DNA of 64,000 bases from Gemmatimonadota bacterium (GCA_002718595.1 PBFD01000002.1:244770-308769), one strand, 5' to 3'. Shown: positions 39,771 through 50,926, numbered from the stretch's first letter. The notes: generated from the letters alone by a model not told the origin. Made by a program: numbers and translations.

Positions 39771-39799
39771 TTGCAGTCAGACGCTACCTGCTCTAATAT
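39771..39799 (+). promoter_or_regulatory. Candidate sigma70-type promoter of rex
   Basis: TTGCAG (39771-39776), 17-nt spacer, TAATAT (39794-39799), about 50 nt upstream of the rex ATG. Confidence 0.45.
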
Positions 39800-39817
39800 T
39801 GTGAAGTATTTCACAAT
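39798..39817 (+). promoter_or_regulatory. Rex operator (ATTGTGAA-GTAT-TTCACAAT)
   Basis: Perfect 8+8 inverted repeat matching the published Rex consensus TTGTGAA-N4-TTCACAA. It overlaps the candidate -10 and lies 31 nt upstream of the rex start. Confidence 0.8.
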
Positions 39818-39847
39818 CAAAATTAGGATATCTAGGACGGGTAGCAA

Positions 39848-40477
39848 ATGTCCAATAAGAAGAAAATAGCAGAATCTGCCATCAGTCGCTTGTCGCTGTA
39901 CTTACGTATCTTGGAAGATATGGTTGAGGAGGGGGAACCCACTGTTTCCAGTCAAACTATGGCTTCTCAGAGTGGAACGACAGCGGCACAAGTGAGAAAG
40001 GATTTATCACTATTTGGATCCTTTGGGAGGAGAGGTCTGGGGTATTCTTCTACTGATTTAGTATCACGGATTAGGCAGATTTTGGGCTTGAATCGGAGGT
40101 GGAAGATAGCAGTCATTGGAATGGGTCGAATAGGATCTGCCTTAGTTGAGCATAAAGGGTTTTTTGATCGAGGGTTCGATATTGTAGCACTATTTGACAC
40201 ATCCGATTTCAAAGTGGGTAGTAACGTACACGGGTTGAAGGTGCACCACGTGAATGATATGAGAGCGTTGGTACAGGATAAAAATATTGAGATTGTAGTT
40301 CTAACTGTTCCAGTAGAAGCAGTCACAGATGTTACGGATCTTATTAATGATTCTGGTGTCAGAGGAATTCTGAACTGGACTCCTGCGAGGCTTGCAGTTT
40401 CCCAATCTATTGAAGTCAAGAATGTAAATATGGTTATGGAGCTGGAAGCTTTATCTTTCAAGCTAAGCCAGAGTTAA
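39848..40477 (+). CDS. rex: Redox-sensing transcriptional repressor Rex
   Basis: N-terminal winged helix (RLSLYLRILE...VSSQTMASQSGTTAAQVRKDLS.FG) and a Rossmann NADH domain (IAVIGMGRIGSAL). Confidence 0.9.
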   Translation: MSNKKKIAESAISRLSLYLRILEDMVEEGEPTVSSQTMASQSGTTAAQVRKDLSLFGSFGRRGLGYSSTDLVSRIRQILGLNRRWKIAVIGMGRIGSALVEHKGFFDRGFDIVALFDTSDFKVGSNVHGLKVHHVNDMRALVQDKNIEIVVLTVPVEAVTDVTDLINDSGVRGILNWTPARLAVSQSIEVKNVNMVMELEALSFKLSQS

Positions 40478-40613
40478 TAGGATCATAAATGGCTATGTTG
40501 TTAATTGTATCGTAAATGTTCAAAGGTAAGTCAACGTGGTGTTTCTAGTCATATGATGCGAGGTATTTCTACTGCCACAATTTTCCCCGCTAAAGTCATT
40601 TAAAGAGGAGCCG

Positions 40614-41825
40614 ATGCATAGTAAAGATAGAGAACCGGTGATCATTCAAAGTTGTCGTACTCCCATCGGTAAATTCTTGGGAGCACTTTCTTCCTTGTCA
40701 GCTCCCGATTTAGGGGCTCTAGTCATTGAAAACCTCATAGAGAGGGCGGGGGTAGAGCCACAGTATTTGGACGAGGTGATAATGGGTAATGTGGTAGGCA
40801 CCGGGGTCGGTCAAGCGCCGGCGCGTCAAGCGTCAGTAAGGGGTGGGGTTCCTGAAAGTGTGCCGGCCTTAACTATCAACAAAGTATGTGGCTCGGGTTT
40901 AAAAGCAGTCATGCTAGCCGCTCAGGCCATCAGGGCTGGTGATGCTAATTTGATTTTAGCTGGTGGTATGGAGTCTATGTCAAATGCTCCATTTTATATT
41001 CGTGGCATGAGGAATGGTTTGAAGTTCGGGAATGCAAACCTAGAAGATGCCCTTTTGTCAGACGGTCTTTGGTGTGCTTTCGGACACTGTCACATGGGGA
41101 CACATGCCGAGTATACCGCAAGGAAGGGAGGTGTTAGTAGGAGGGATGCCGATGAATTTTCCCTTAGATCACACAATCTGGCTATTAAAGCACTGAGTGA
41201 GGGGAGATTTGCAGAAGAGATTATTTCGGTGTCGAGTAAAAATGGTCGAGAGAAAGTTGTTGTAGATTTTGATGAAGGGCCTAGAAAGGATACATCTATG
41301 AACACTTTAGAGAAGTTGAAGCCTGCCTTTCCAGAGGCATCTGGAAAGTATCAAGATGAATTGACCATTACAGCAGGAAATGCCGCAGGACTGAATGATG
41401 GGGCCGCTGGTGTGATAGTAGCTTCACGAGGGTTTGCTCGAGCACACGGATTGGAAATAGAAGCTAAAATTACTAATTATGTTGCGAGTGGTCTGGAGCC
41501 GCGGGATTTGTTTTTTGCACCCGTAAAAGCTGTTAATGACCTCATGACTAAAGAAAAGACACAAATTTCGGATTATGACTTAGTGGAACTGAACGAAGCA
41601 TTCGCTGTGCAGGCATTGGCTGATATAAGAGGGCTAAAAATAGACATAGATTCGGTCAATATATATGGAGGTGCGATAGCGTTAGGTCATCCCATAGGTG
41701 CTTCAGGAGCTCGGATTTTGGTGACTCTGTTGAGTGCGATGAAAGATAAGAAAGCTGAGAAAGGCCTGGCTACCCTATGTTTGGGTGGTGGGAATGCAGT
41801 GGCACTTTCAATTGAGAAATCTTAG
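40614..41825 (+). CDS. Acetyl-CoA C-acetyltransferase (thiolase II)
   Basis: Active-site NKVCGSGLKAV, NEAFA, and GGAIALGHPIGASGARIL...CLGGGNAVA signatures. Confidence 0.9.
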   Translation: MHSKDREPVIIQSCRTPIGKFLGALSSLSAPDLGALVIENLIERAGVEPQYLDEVIMGNVVGTGVGQAPARQASVRGGVPESVPALTINKVCGSGLKAVMLAAQAIRAGDANLILAGGMESMSNAPFYIRGMRNGLKFGNANLEDALLSDGLWCAFGHCHMGTHAEYTARKGGVSRRDADEFSLRSHNLAIKALSEGRFAEEIISVSSKNGREKVVVDFDEGPRKDTSMNTLEKLKPAFPEASGKYQDELTITAGNAAGLNDGAAGVIVASRGFARAHGLEIEAKITNYVASGLEPRDLFFAPVKAVNDLMTKEKTQISDYDLVELNEAFAVQALADIRGLKIDIDSVNIYGGAIALGHPIGASGARILVTLLSAMKDKKAEKGLATLCLGGGNAVALSIEKS

Positions 41826-41848
41826 AACATTTTATCTAAGGAAAGATA

Positions 41849-42718
41849 ATGGTGACAAAGGTTACGGTGATCGGTGGAGGAACAATGGGTAATGGGATTG
41901 CCCAGATTTGTGCTCAAAATGATCTAAAGGTTTCCGTTACTGATCTCTCAGAGGAAGTTTTAATTTCGACGGTGCATAGGATATCTGAGAGCTTGAATCG
42001 CATGGTTTTGAAAAACACTATTGACAATGAATCTAAGGAAAGAGCTTTGGCTCATATTCATACAACGGTCTCTCTGGAGAAAGCACTTCTTGATACCGAT
42101 ATTGTTATAGAAGCTATCCCTGAGAAAAGTGAATTGAAACGTGCGTTGTTTGAAAGGTTAGGTACAATGGCTAGCGCTGAAGTCGTACTAGCCACCAATA
42201 CTTCATCAATATCCATTACTGAGTTAGCGGCTAAAGCGGGTGACCCTGAAAGAGTCATTGGTATGCATTTTATGAATCCAGTGCCACTAATGCAGTTAAT
42301 TGAGGTAGTGCGTGGTCTGGAGACAAGTGAAAAGACAATTGAAATGGTCATGGAATTTTCAAGAGAGCTAGGGAAAACTCCAGTTTTAGTGAATGATTTT
42401 CCAGGTTTTGTATCGAATCGAGTACTTGCACCAATGATAAATGAGGCAGCTTTTGTATTGATGGAAGGAGTTGCGGATCTTCGGTCTATCGATCAGGTGA
42501 TGACTCTAGGCATGAACCATCCAATAGGGCCACTAGCGCTAGCTGATCTTATTGGCATTGATGTGTTGTTAAGTATCCTGGAAGTGTTGCATGAAGAATT
42601 GGGCGATGACCGCTACCGGCCCTGTCCTTTGCTACGAAAGTATGTCGCTGCTGGTTGGTTGGGGAGGAAAACGGGAAAAGGATTTTATGAGTATCCAAAG
42701 GGAAGGATTAGTGAGTAG
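41849..42718 (+). CDS. hbd: 3-hydroxybutyryl-CoA dehydrogenase
   Basis: [13 protein letters not shown] Rossmann motif, [17 protein letters not shown], and a C-terminal 3HCDH domain ([17 protein letters not shown]). Confidence 0.9.
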   Translation: MVTKVTVIGGGTMGNGIAQICAQNDLKVSVTDLSEEVLISTVHRISESLNRMVLKNTIDNESKERALAHIHTTVSLEKALLDTDIVIEAIPEKSELKRALFERLGTMASAEVVLATNTSSISITELAAKAGDPERVIGMHFMNPVPLMQLIEVVRGLETSEKTIEMVMEFSRELGKTPVLVNDFPGFVSNRVLAPMINEAAFVLMEGVADLRSIDQVMTLGMNHPIGPLALADLIGIDVLLSILEVLHEELGDDRYRPCPLLRKYVAAGWLGRKTGKGFYEYPKGRISE

Positions 42719-42870
42719 TATAAGTCCAGTTGGACCAAATCTCGGAGTTCTTCACTAAGATATCTGTGGGAACAGTCAGGCGGGCCGGTTGTTTTAAAGA
42801 TAAGAAGTCGTATTTATAGCTTAAAATAACAGGATGAATTTGTTTATTCTAAATTATGAGGTGAGGGGAA

Positions 42871-44130
42871 ATGGGTGCTCTAGAATTTGTTGATCCACAG
42901 ATTTTTAGTTTGACAAAGCAAGAAATTAGTCGACAAGGTAGCCAGTTGGAGCTTATTGCTAGTGAAAATGTGGCCTCTAAAGCTGTTCTGGAGGCAATGG
43001 GAACAGTGCTCGTCAATAAGTATGCCGAAGGTTTACCTGGAGCGAGATATTATGGAGGTTGTGAGCATGTTGATGAGGTAGAAGATTTAGCCAGAACTAG
43101 ATTGATGGATTTGTTCGGAGCCGAGCACGCTAATGTGCAACCCCATTCTGGGGCACAGGCTAACCTGGCCGCTTACTTCAGTTTTATTAAACCTGGGGAC
43201 ACTGTTTTGGGTATGGATCTTAGTCATGGAGGCCATTTGACACATGGATCTAAGGTAAACTTCAGTGGTCAGTTTTATAAGTCAGAAAAGTATCAGATTA
43301 GAGAATCGGATGGGTTAATAGATTATGACCTAGTCCATGACCATGCTTTGAAAGTTCGACCCAAGATGATTATCGCAGGTGCTAGCGCTTATCCCAGGGT
43401 TATAGATTTTGCAAGATTCAGGCAAATTGCGGACGAAGTAGGAGCTGTTTTGATGGTCGACATGGCCCATATAGCCGGTTTAGTCGCGGCAGGATTGCAT
43501 CCAAATCCAGTGGAATATGCTGATGTCGTCACCGCTACTACGCATAAGACATTGAGAGGCCCAAGAGGTGGGCTGATCCTCTGCAAATCTGAACATGGGC
43601 GAAAAGTGGATAAATCTGTTTTTCCAGGTATTCAAGGGGGTCCTTTGATGAACATCATTGCCGCTAAAGCTGTGGCTTTTAAAGAGGCCCAAGGACCTGA
43701 TTTCAGGAGTTATCAGCTCCAAGTAATTGAGAATGCCAAAACGCTGGCAAGTGGTTTGTTGGAAGAGGGAATTTTTGTTATCAGTGGAGGAACAGACAAC
43801 CATTTGCTGCTGGTGGATCTTAGAAAAAGTCATCCAGAACTGACTGGACAGGAGGCAGAAATAGCTTTAGAAAAAGCTGGTATCACAGTCAACAAGAATA
43901 CTGTCCCTGGAGAAACCCGTTCTCCGTTCGTGACTTCAGGATTGCGTATAGGTACACCTGCGATAACTACGAGGGGGTTGAAAGAGAAGGAAATAAAGCA
44001 GCTAACTCAATGGATCGTGTCAGTGCTCAAGAATACCTCGGAAGCAAGTCAACTAAGTCATATACGGAGAGAAGTTGAGGATCTTTGTGTAAAATTCCCA
44101 TACTCTTCGCGCTTTTCTCTCATCGGCTAG
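42871..44130 (+). CDS. glyA: Serine hydroxymethyltransferase
   Basis: [22 protein letters not shown] and the PLP-lysine region [13 protein letters not shown]. Confidence 0.95.
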   Translation: MGALEFVDPQIFSLTKQEISRQGSQLELIASENVASKAVLEAMGTVLVNKYAEGLPGARYYGGCEHVDEVEDLARTRLMDLFGAEHANVQPHSGAQANLAAYFSFIKPGDTVLGMDLSHGGHLTHGSKVNFSGQFYKSEKYQIRESDGLIDYDLVHDHALKVRPKMIIAGASAYPRVIDFARFRQIADEVGAVLMVDMAHIAGLVAAGLHPNPVEYADVVTATTHKTLRGPRGGLILCKSEHGRKVDKSVFPGIQGGPLMNIIAAKAVAFKEAQGPDFRSYQLQVIENAKTLASGLLEEGIFVISGGTDNHLLLVDLRKSHPELTGQEAEIALEKAGITVNKNTVPGETRSPFVTSGLRIGTPAITTRGLKEKEIKQLTQWIVSVLKNTSEASQLSHIRREVEDLCVKFPYSSRFSLIG

Positions 44131-44182
44131 TAATAGGAGGATGTAACCTAGCGTAAGTAGTTAATTGGGGGCAGATTTGCAC

Positions 44183-44563
44183 ATGGCAAAAATTCAGTTC
44201 GCAGAGAAGATCATAGACCATCTAAAGAAGCGCCATCCTCAGTTCCATGAGGATGGGTATCTGTTTCTTCTGTCAGCATTTGAGAATTTCGTGGAAGGAA
44301 TTAGCGAAAGTCGTCAGTTGGAGGGAAAAGAATTAGCTCACGGGGTTCGTCAGTTGGCCTTGGAAAGATTTGGGCCTATGGCAAAAACGGTTTTGGAACA
44401 TTGGGGAATAAACAGGACGGAAGATTTGGGTGAGATAGTGTATGCACTAATCGATTGTGGAATTTTGGTACAAGAATCTGGGGATTGTAGAGAGGATTTT
44501 TGTGATGTATTTGATTTTGAGGAGGTATTTGAAAAGAATTATCCCTGGAATCCAGGGACTTAG
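44183..44563 (+). CDS. Conserved hypothetical protein (possibly Minf_1886/TIGR04138-like)
   Basis: About 126 aa. FGPMAKTVLEHWGINRTEDLGEIVYALIDCGIL...REDFCDVFDFEEVF resembles a small family I recall from Planctomycetes/Verrucomicrobia-type genomes. The ATG at 44183 follows a GGGGG; the ORF-track TTG is at 44165. Confidence 0.5.
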   Translation: MAKIQFAEKIIDHLKKRHPQFHEDGYLFLLSAFENFVEGISESRQLEGKELAHGVRQLALERFGPMAKTVLEHWGINRTEDLGEIVYALIDCGILVQESGDCREDFCDVFDFEEVFEKNYPWNPGT

Positions 44564-44589
44564 TGCTGGCAAAAGTGTAATTCAACTTT

Positions 44590-44598
44590 GGGGGGGGG
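44590..44598 (+). repeat. G9 homopolymer
   Basis: Nine consecutive G read directly. The run ends 6 nt upstream of the ATG at 44605. Confidence 0.95.
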
Positions 44599-44604
44599 TA
44601 CGAT

Positions 44605-44802
44605 ATGGCTAAAGAAACAAGGTTCACTGAATGTCTAAAATGTAATGAGGGTGTATTGTTGCCTCTCTCTGATTACGGTCGTGATGGAGCCTCAATTCGT
44701 TACAAAGCGTGGGCCTGTTCCAACCCAGATTGTGGTTTCAATATACGGATTGATAATGGTGAAATCTCTTTGGGAAGAGATATTGGGCAGAGCTACAAAT
44801 AA
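44605..44802 (+). CDS. Small zinc-ribbon protein (65 aa), hypothetical
   Basis: CLKC...(x)22...CSNPDC four-cysteine arrangement. The G-run upstream could act as an SD. No family recognised. Confidence 0.45.
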   Translation: MAKETRFTECLKCNEGVLLPLSDYGRDGASIRYKAWACSNPDCGFNIRIDNGEISLGRDIGQSYK

Positions 44803-44830
44803 ACCGTCGTTGTTGTGCTGATCTGCGATT

Positions 44831-46411
44831 TTGTTTCCTAGGTCGGGAGGTGATTTGACTTCCTCAGTACCACTTAGACCCTTTGGAAAGGGACTCGTTT
44901 GGGCTCCTACTGGATCGGAGGCGTCGGCTTTCGATAAAATGACGATTGCTGAAATGGGTATTTCCGAGAGAAGTCTGATGGAATGTGCTGGCAGATCCGC
45001 AGCACATGTTCTACAGGAGATGTTTCCACGGGGAGATGTTGCAGTAGTGCTGGGTTCAGGGAACAATGGAGGTGATGGTCTTGTATTAGCTAGAACCCTT
45101 CAGGCTTGGGGAAGGAAGACCAAGTTATTTATTCCTGGAAAATTCCCAAGAATGAGTGATCTAGATCACGGTTGGCACTTACAAATAGATGAAACTGAGT
45201 TTTCATTCGGCAACGTATCAGTAATTGTAGATGCAATCCTCGGTACAGGTGTCAAAGGGAAACCAAGGCAAAAACAAGCGGAAGCAATAAGAGCTATCAA
45301 CCATAGTGGATGTCCTGTATTCTCACTTGACATACCGTCAGGTCTAGATGGCGATACTGGGAGATCTCTAGGGGCAGTGGTTTCTGCCGATGTTACAGTG
45401 GCTTTCGGATGGCCCAAATTAGGAAGCCTTCTTAAGGAAGGAAGAACAAAATCGGGCAGGTTGATAGCTACAGAGATAGGATTCCCTCCAGCAAGCCAGG
45501 CTAATTTCAGTGCAGCAATAGCAACGCCTCATTGGGCTATGCGAACCAGGCCCACTAGAAGGGATGACAGTCATAAAAATACAGTTGGGTCACTTCTTTT
45601 GGTGGCGGGTCAGGCTGGGATGGCAGGTGCCGCAGTGCTGTCTGCAAAGGCAGCTTTAAGGGGTGGTCTGGGTCAAATCAGAATTGTTTCAGACAGTAGC
45701 AATAGGGGTATTATTCAGAGTACGGTTCCAGAGGCTATCTTTTTAGCTTCAGACTATCCTGAACAGATAACAAATGCGGTGGATAAGTCTGACGCTATCG
45801 CTATAGGACCAGGGCTGGGTTGTTCTGCAGAAAACGGACGTTTGTTGAATTTAATATGTGGCTGTCCAGGGGACATTCCCTTGGTGCTTGATGCGGACGG
45901 GCTGAATATGGCAACTAAAGGGATGGGCCCCACTATAGAGGAGTGGACTTCCAAAAGAGAAGTTCTTTTGACTCCACATCTTGGAGAGATGGTTCGGATT
46001 TCGGGTGTTACTTCTCACGATATTGATTCCGATCGATTAGGTGTGACCAAGAGTTTTGCAGAGGCTACTGGGGCCACAGTTTTGTTGAAGGGACTGCCGT
46101 CTATGGTCGTTCCCCCAAAGGGTATAGCTCTTTTAGACAGCATGGGTAGTTCTGACCTTGCCGCAGCTGGCATGGGAGATCTCCTTACTGGTTTTGCTGG
46201 TGCACTTTTAGCACAGGGACTAAAACCCGCTTGTGCTGGAGCTCTATCCTTATATATGGTCGGACGAGCGGCGGTAAACACAGGTTTAGGTCCTAGCCTT
46301 ATTCCAACCGATATACTGCCAAAATTGGCGGAAGTGTGGCAAGAGGAAGGAAGTGGAGAGACTGATCTAGACCTTCCTTTTGTTGTTTTTGATCAGGATG
46401 TTCCAAGATGA
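44831..46411 (+). CDS. nnr: Bifunctional NAD(P)H-hydrate repair enzyme Nnr (epimerase + ADP-dependent dehydratase)
   Basis: YjeF-N domain (GSGNNGGDGLVLAR, DAILGTGVKG) followed by a carbohydrate-kinase-like YjeF-C domain (HKNTVGSLLLVAGQAGMAGAAVL, TPHLGE, GMGDLLTG). The TTG start is uncertain. Confidence 0.85.
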   Translation: MFPRSGGDLTSSVPLRPFGKGLVWAPTGSEASAFDKMTIAEMGISERSLMECAGRSAAHVLQEMFPRGDVAVVLGSGNNGGDGLVLARTLQAWGRKTKLFIPGKFPRMSDLDHGWHLQIDETEFSFGNVSVIVDAILGTGVKGKPRQKQAEAIRAINHSGCPVFSLDIPSGLDGDTGRSLGAVVSADVTVAFGWPKLGSLLKEGRTKSGRLIATEIGFPPASQANFSAAIATPHWAMRTRPTRRDDSHKNTVGSLLLVAGQAGMAGAAVLSAKAALRGGLGQIRIVSDSSNRGIIQSTVPEAIFLASDYPEQITNAVDKSDAIAIGPGLGCSAENGRLLNLICGCPGDIPLVLDADGLNMATKGMGPTIEEWTSKREVLLTPHLGEMVRISGVTSHDIDSDRLGVTKSFAEATGATVLLKGLPSMVVPPKGIALLDSMGSSDLAAAGMGDLLTGFAGALLAQGLKPACAGALSLYMVGRAAVNTGLGPSLIPTDILPKLAEVWQEEGSGETDLDLPFVVFDQDVPR

Positions 46412-47418
46412 AGGACAACAATTTGATAGTAGGGAAGGACTATTTAAATCCAGAAAAGCTGAATACAGAGTCAGATTTGATAGCGAGAATTCTGAGTGGT
46501 GCAGAGAAGATGGATTCACGAATCCTACTGGGACCGGGCGATGATGGTGCAGTATTTAAAAATGAAAAAACTGCTATCAGTACCGATTTGTCTATAGAAA
46601 ATATCCACTTTCGTCGCAATTGGATCAGTCTGGAAGAGATTGGTTTTAGGGCTGTAATGGTGGCGATCAGTGATCTTGCGGCCATGGCTTCTAGCCCATT
46701 TGGAGTACTGGTGTCTTTGGCTATTCCAGAGGAAGACTCTAAAACTGTGATTGAAGAGTTGAAAAGTGGTATCCAAAGAGCTCTAAAGAAGGCTGGAGCA
46801 TCGTTAATGGGGGGAGATCTGAGCAGGTCACCTGGGCCAATAGTCATAGACGTCATTGTCATTGGGGAAACCTATGAATTCATTACTCGACAAGGAGTTG
46901 ATCCGGGAAACGAAATCTGGGTCACTGGAGTGTTAGGGGGTTCCTCGGGGGCGGTGAAGACTTGGTTGACAGGAGGTGAGCCCAATAAAGGCCTTAGGGA
47001 TGCTTTTGCAAAACCTCCCTTTCGGGTGGAGGAGGCTCAGTGGTTGGTTCAGAAAGCAGGAATAAAGGCCATGATAGATATATCTGATGGGCTCCTTGGG
47101 GATTTAAACCACCTAGCTCAAGCCTCCAAGGTGAGCATTGTCTTGGAATCTAAAGAAGTTCCTTTGCATCCAGCACTTCACCACAGCGATGCTCTAAGTC
47201 TTGGAATTTCTGGAGGGGAAGACTACGAATTGTGCTTTGCCACTAAGAAGGGAGCATTAGATCCTTTTTTAACAAAATTTCAAGAAAAATTCGGTTTGAG
47301 TATAACCAAGGTGGGCTACGTGCAAGAAGGTTCAGGAGTTAGCGTTGTCGGAGAAGGTTCTGCTTTGTTGATGAAGGGTATGTCTGGTTTTGACCACTTC
47401 TCCCACCAGGAGCCGTAG
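46408..47418 (+). CDS. thiL: Thiamine-monophosphate kinase
   Basis: AIR-synthase-like fold with GPGDDGAV, DLSIENIHF, AISDLAAM and GGEDYEL motifs. ATGA overlap with nnr. Confidence 0.85.
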   Translation: MKDNNLIVGKDYLNPEKLNTESDLIARILSGAEKMDSRILLGPGDDGAVFKNEKTAISTDLSIENIHFRRNWISLEEIGFRAVMVAISDLAAMASSPFGVLVSLAIPEEDSKTVIEELKSGIQRALKKAGASLMGGDLSRSPGPIVIDVIVIGETYEFITRQGVDPGNEIWVTGVLGGSSGAVKTWLTGGEPNKGLRDAFAKPPFRVEEAQWLVQKAGIKAMIDISDGLLGDLNHLAQASKVSIVLESKEVPLHPALHHSDALSLGISGGEDYELCFATKKGALDPFLTKFQEKFGLSITKVGYVQEGSGVSVVGEGSALLMKGMSGFDHFSHQEP

Positions 47419-48131
47419 TGATAAGGTCATTGTGGATAGTGACTTTGGGAGGTCTGATAACTGCTTACTATGTTGTCAAAATCTCTTTGTTGTCAGCGTT
47501 TGCAAGTGAAAAAACCTTTTGTGCTGTATGCGATTCTGCATCCCGGAATTGGGCTCGTAAACTTTTAAAATTGTCTAGTGTTTGCGTGGTAGTTGAAGGA
47601 GTTGTAAATCTGGAAAGGTCGAATTCCTGTGTGGTGGTCGCCAATCATGAGTCATGGTTTGATGTTTTTGCATTGGCCGGCTGGTTACCTGTAAGTGCTA
47701 AATTCGTAGGGAAAAGGGAGTTGGCAAACATTCCCTTGTTTGGTTCTTCGTGGCAGGCTTGTGGCCATGTTGCTATAGATCGAAGGGACAGAGATTCAGC
47801 AATTCGATCTCTAAACTCTGTGGTTGAAAAAATGCGTCACCAGTCCATGCATGTGGTAATGTTTGCCGAAGGGACTAGGTCTGCGACTGGTAAATTACAA
47901 CCCTTTAAGAAAGGGCCATTTATTTTGGCAATTGAGGCTGGCACTCCTATTATTCCCGTGGCCATAATTGGCAGTAGAAAGATTATGCCAAAGGGATCCT
48001 ATAGCATTGGTAAAGGTGAAATTAAGATTAGAATCGGGAAGCCTATTGATGTTCTTGGAAAGAGTTATGAGGATAGAGACTATTTGAGAACAGTTGCTCA
48101 AAGAAAAGTGGCTGAATTAAAGGAGGAATAG
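47418..48131 (+). CDS. plsC: 1-acyl-sn-glycerol-3-phosphate acyltransferase
   Basis: N-terminal TM. HX4D motif (ANHESWFD), FAEGTRS, and PIIPVAI block. Confidence 0.85.
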   Translation: MIRSLWIVTLGGLITAYYVVKISLLSAFASEKTFCAVCDSASRNWARKLLKLSSVCVVVEGVVNLERSNSCVVVANHESWFDVFALAGWLPVSAKFVGKRELANIPLFGSSWQACGHVAIDRRDRDSAIRSLNSVVEKMRHQSMHVVMFAEGTRSATGKLQPFKKGPFILAIEAGTPIIPVAIIGSRKIMPKGSYSIGKGEIKIRIGKPIDVLGKSYEDRDYLRTVAQRKVAELKEE

Positions 48132-49777
<1,646 letters not shown>

Positions 49778-49892
49778 AAATAGCCTGGGGTCAAAAATTG
49801 GATTTATAGCATTTCAGAGATTTTCTAATAAGCATTAATTTGTCTTGACACCTTACAACACTCTTTTGAGGTTTTAGGAACGCAATAAGTCG

Positions 49893-49966
49893 GGCGGAGT
49901 AGCTCAGTTGGTTAGAGCAGCGGAATCATAATCCGAAGGTCGGGGGTTCAAATCCCTCCTCCGCTA
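49893..49966 (+). tRNA. tRNA with CAT anticodon (elongator Met or lysidine-dependent Ile2)
   Basis: The cloverleaf was folded by hand:
- Acceptor stem GGCGGAG/CTCCGCT, with a G1-U72 wobble.
- U8 A9.
- D stem GCTC/GAGC.
- Anticodon stem GCGGA/TCCGA, with a G27-A43 mismatch.
- Anticodon loop AUCAUAA.
- Variable loop AGGTC.
- T arm GGGGG-TTCAAAT-CCCTC.
- Discriminator A.
No CCA is encoded. It lacks initiator features (no C1xA72, no three G-C pairs in the anticodon stem). Confidence 0.9.
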
Positions 49967-50096
49967 TTACCCTTAACTATCGTAGATCAGTATCAGGGGG
50001 GCCTCATTTCTCCGATTCTGGTGAAAAAATGACGGTGGTGTTGATTTCAAAGAAATTCTATTATGGACTTGATGATATCATGGATCTGATAGGCTT

Positions 50097-50926
50097 GTGA
50101 AAAACTTAGAAAGAGTAAGGGCTGGACATGCATACTTTGCTGGAGCTCCTCTACTGATTGCGCATCGAGGTGGAGCTAAGTTAGCGCCTGAAAATACCAT
50201 GGAAGCGTTTCAACAAGCTGTGGAAACCTGGAGTGCTGACATTCTAGAGACGGATGCCAGGTTAACATTGGATGGCAGGGTGGTGTTGGTTCATGATGCT
50301 ACGAGCAACCGCACCTGTGACAGGTCTGGTCAAATTAGTCAAATGAAATGGTCCGAAATAAAGACTTTAGATGCGGGTTATCATTTTAGAGACATTGAGA
50401 ACGAAATCAGTTATAGAGGTAAGGGTGTTCGCATTCCACTTTTGGAAGAAGTTCTCGAAGCTTTTCCCCATACACGGATCAATGTAGAGGCAAAATGTCC
50501 TGAAGTAGCCGGGCCTTTGCTCAAGGTAATAAATAGACAGAATGCTGGGGGTCGAGTACTTCTAGCTGCCAAGGTAGAAGCTGATCGAAAAAAATTGATT
50601 TATACGAAGGGCCTTGGGGTGCTTCCAGGAGAAATATAGCTAGTTTCTGGGCCGCCAGGCACTTGGGATTATTACGGTTTTATAACCCGACATTTGATGC
50701 CTTGCAGGTTCCAGAGATTTGGAATGGATTAAGGGTCGTAACTCCTGATTTTGTGAGGGATGCGCACGATTTGAATATTCCGGTCCACGTCTGGGTAGTT
50801 GACGAAGAGAAAGATATCCGAAGACTTCTATCTTGGGGTGTAGATGGCATCCAATCAGACCGTCTGGATATTCTTTATAAGGTCCTGGAAGATGTACATA
50901 GCAAGAGATTTTCCCATGCTATGTGA
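50097..50926 (+). pseudogene. Glycerophosphodiester phosphodiesterase (GDPD family) interrupted by a frameshift at an A7 run
   Basis: ORF 50097..50639 carries the GDPD N-terminal motifs (LLIAHRGGAKLAPENT, ILETDARLTLDGRVVLVHD). The -1 frame is open from 50585 and carries the C-terminal part through 50926 (VHVWVVDEEKDIRRLLSWGVDGIQSDR). The two frames join seamlessly at AAAAAAA 50588-50594, giving ...ADRKK|IDLYEGPWGAS.... Confidence 0.75.
50588..50594 (+). repeat. A7 homopolymer / A AAA AAA slippery heptamer at the GDPD frame junction
   Basis: Read directly. In the upstream frame it reads cgA AAA AAA ttg. Confidence 0.95.

Noticed and set aside
42719-42870. The 152-nt leader upstream of glyA, checked for a ZTP/THF-type riboswitch or T-box and for a terminator after hbd (GTCCA-GT-TGGAC).
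   Set aside because: I could not find conserved riboswitch core sequences. The hairpin has a 2-nt loop and no T-run.
44135-44146. AGGAGG immediately followed by ATGTAA (a start-stop minimal ORF) just after glyA.
   Set aside because: The SD abuts the ATG with zero spacing, so initiation is unlikely. The AGGAGG is more plausibly fortuitous.
49845-49854. The decamer TTGACACCTT upstream of the tRNA is identical to the one in the aroQ upstream region (6465..6474), considered as a shared promoter or regulatory word.
   Set aside because: No acceptable -10 hexamer follows at 16-19 nt in the tRNA case. A single shared 10-mer among all intergenic sequence in 64 kb is within chance expectation.
50844-50915. 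ORF-track N-terminal extension of tilS overlapping the GDPD 3' end.
   Set aside because: The TilS PP-loop normally lies about 25-30 aa from the N-terminus. That fits the ATG at 50916, and the extension reads as non-conserved out-of-frame GDPD sequence.
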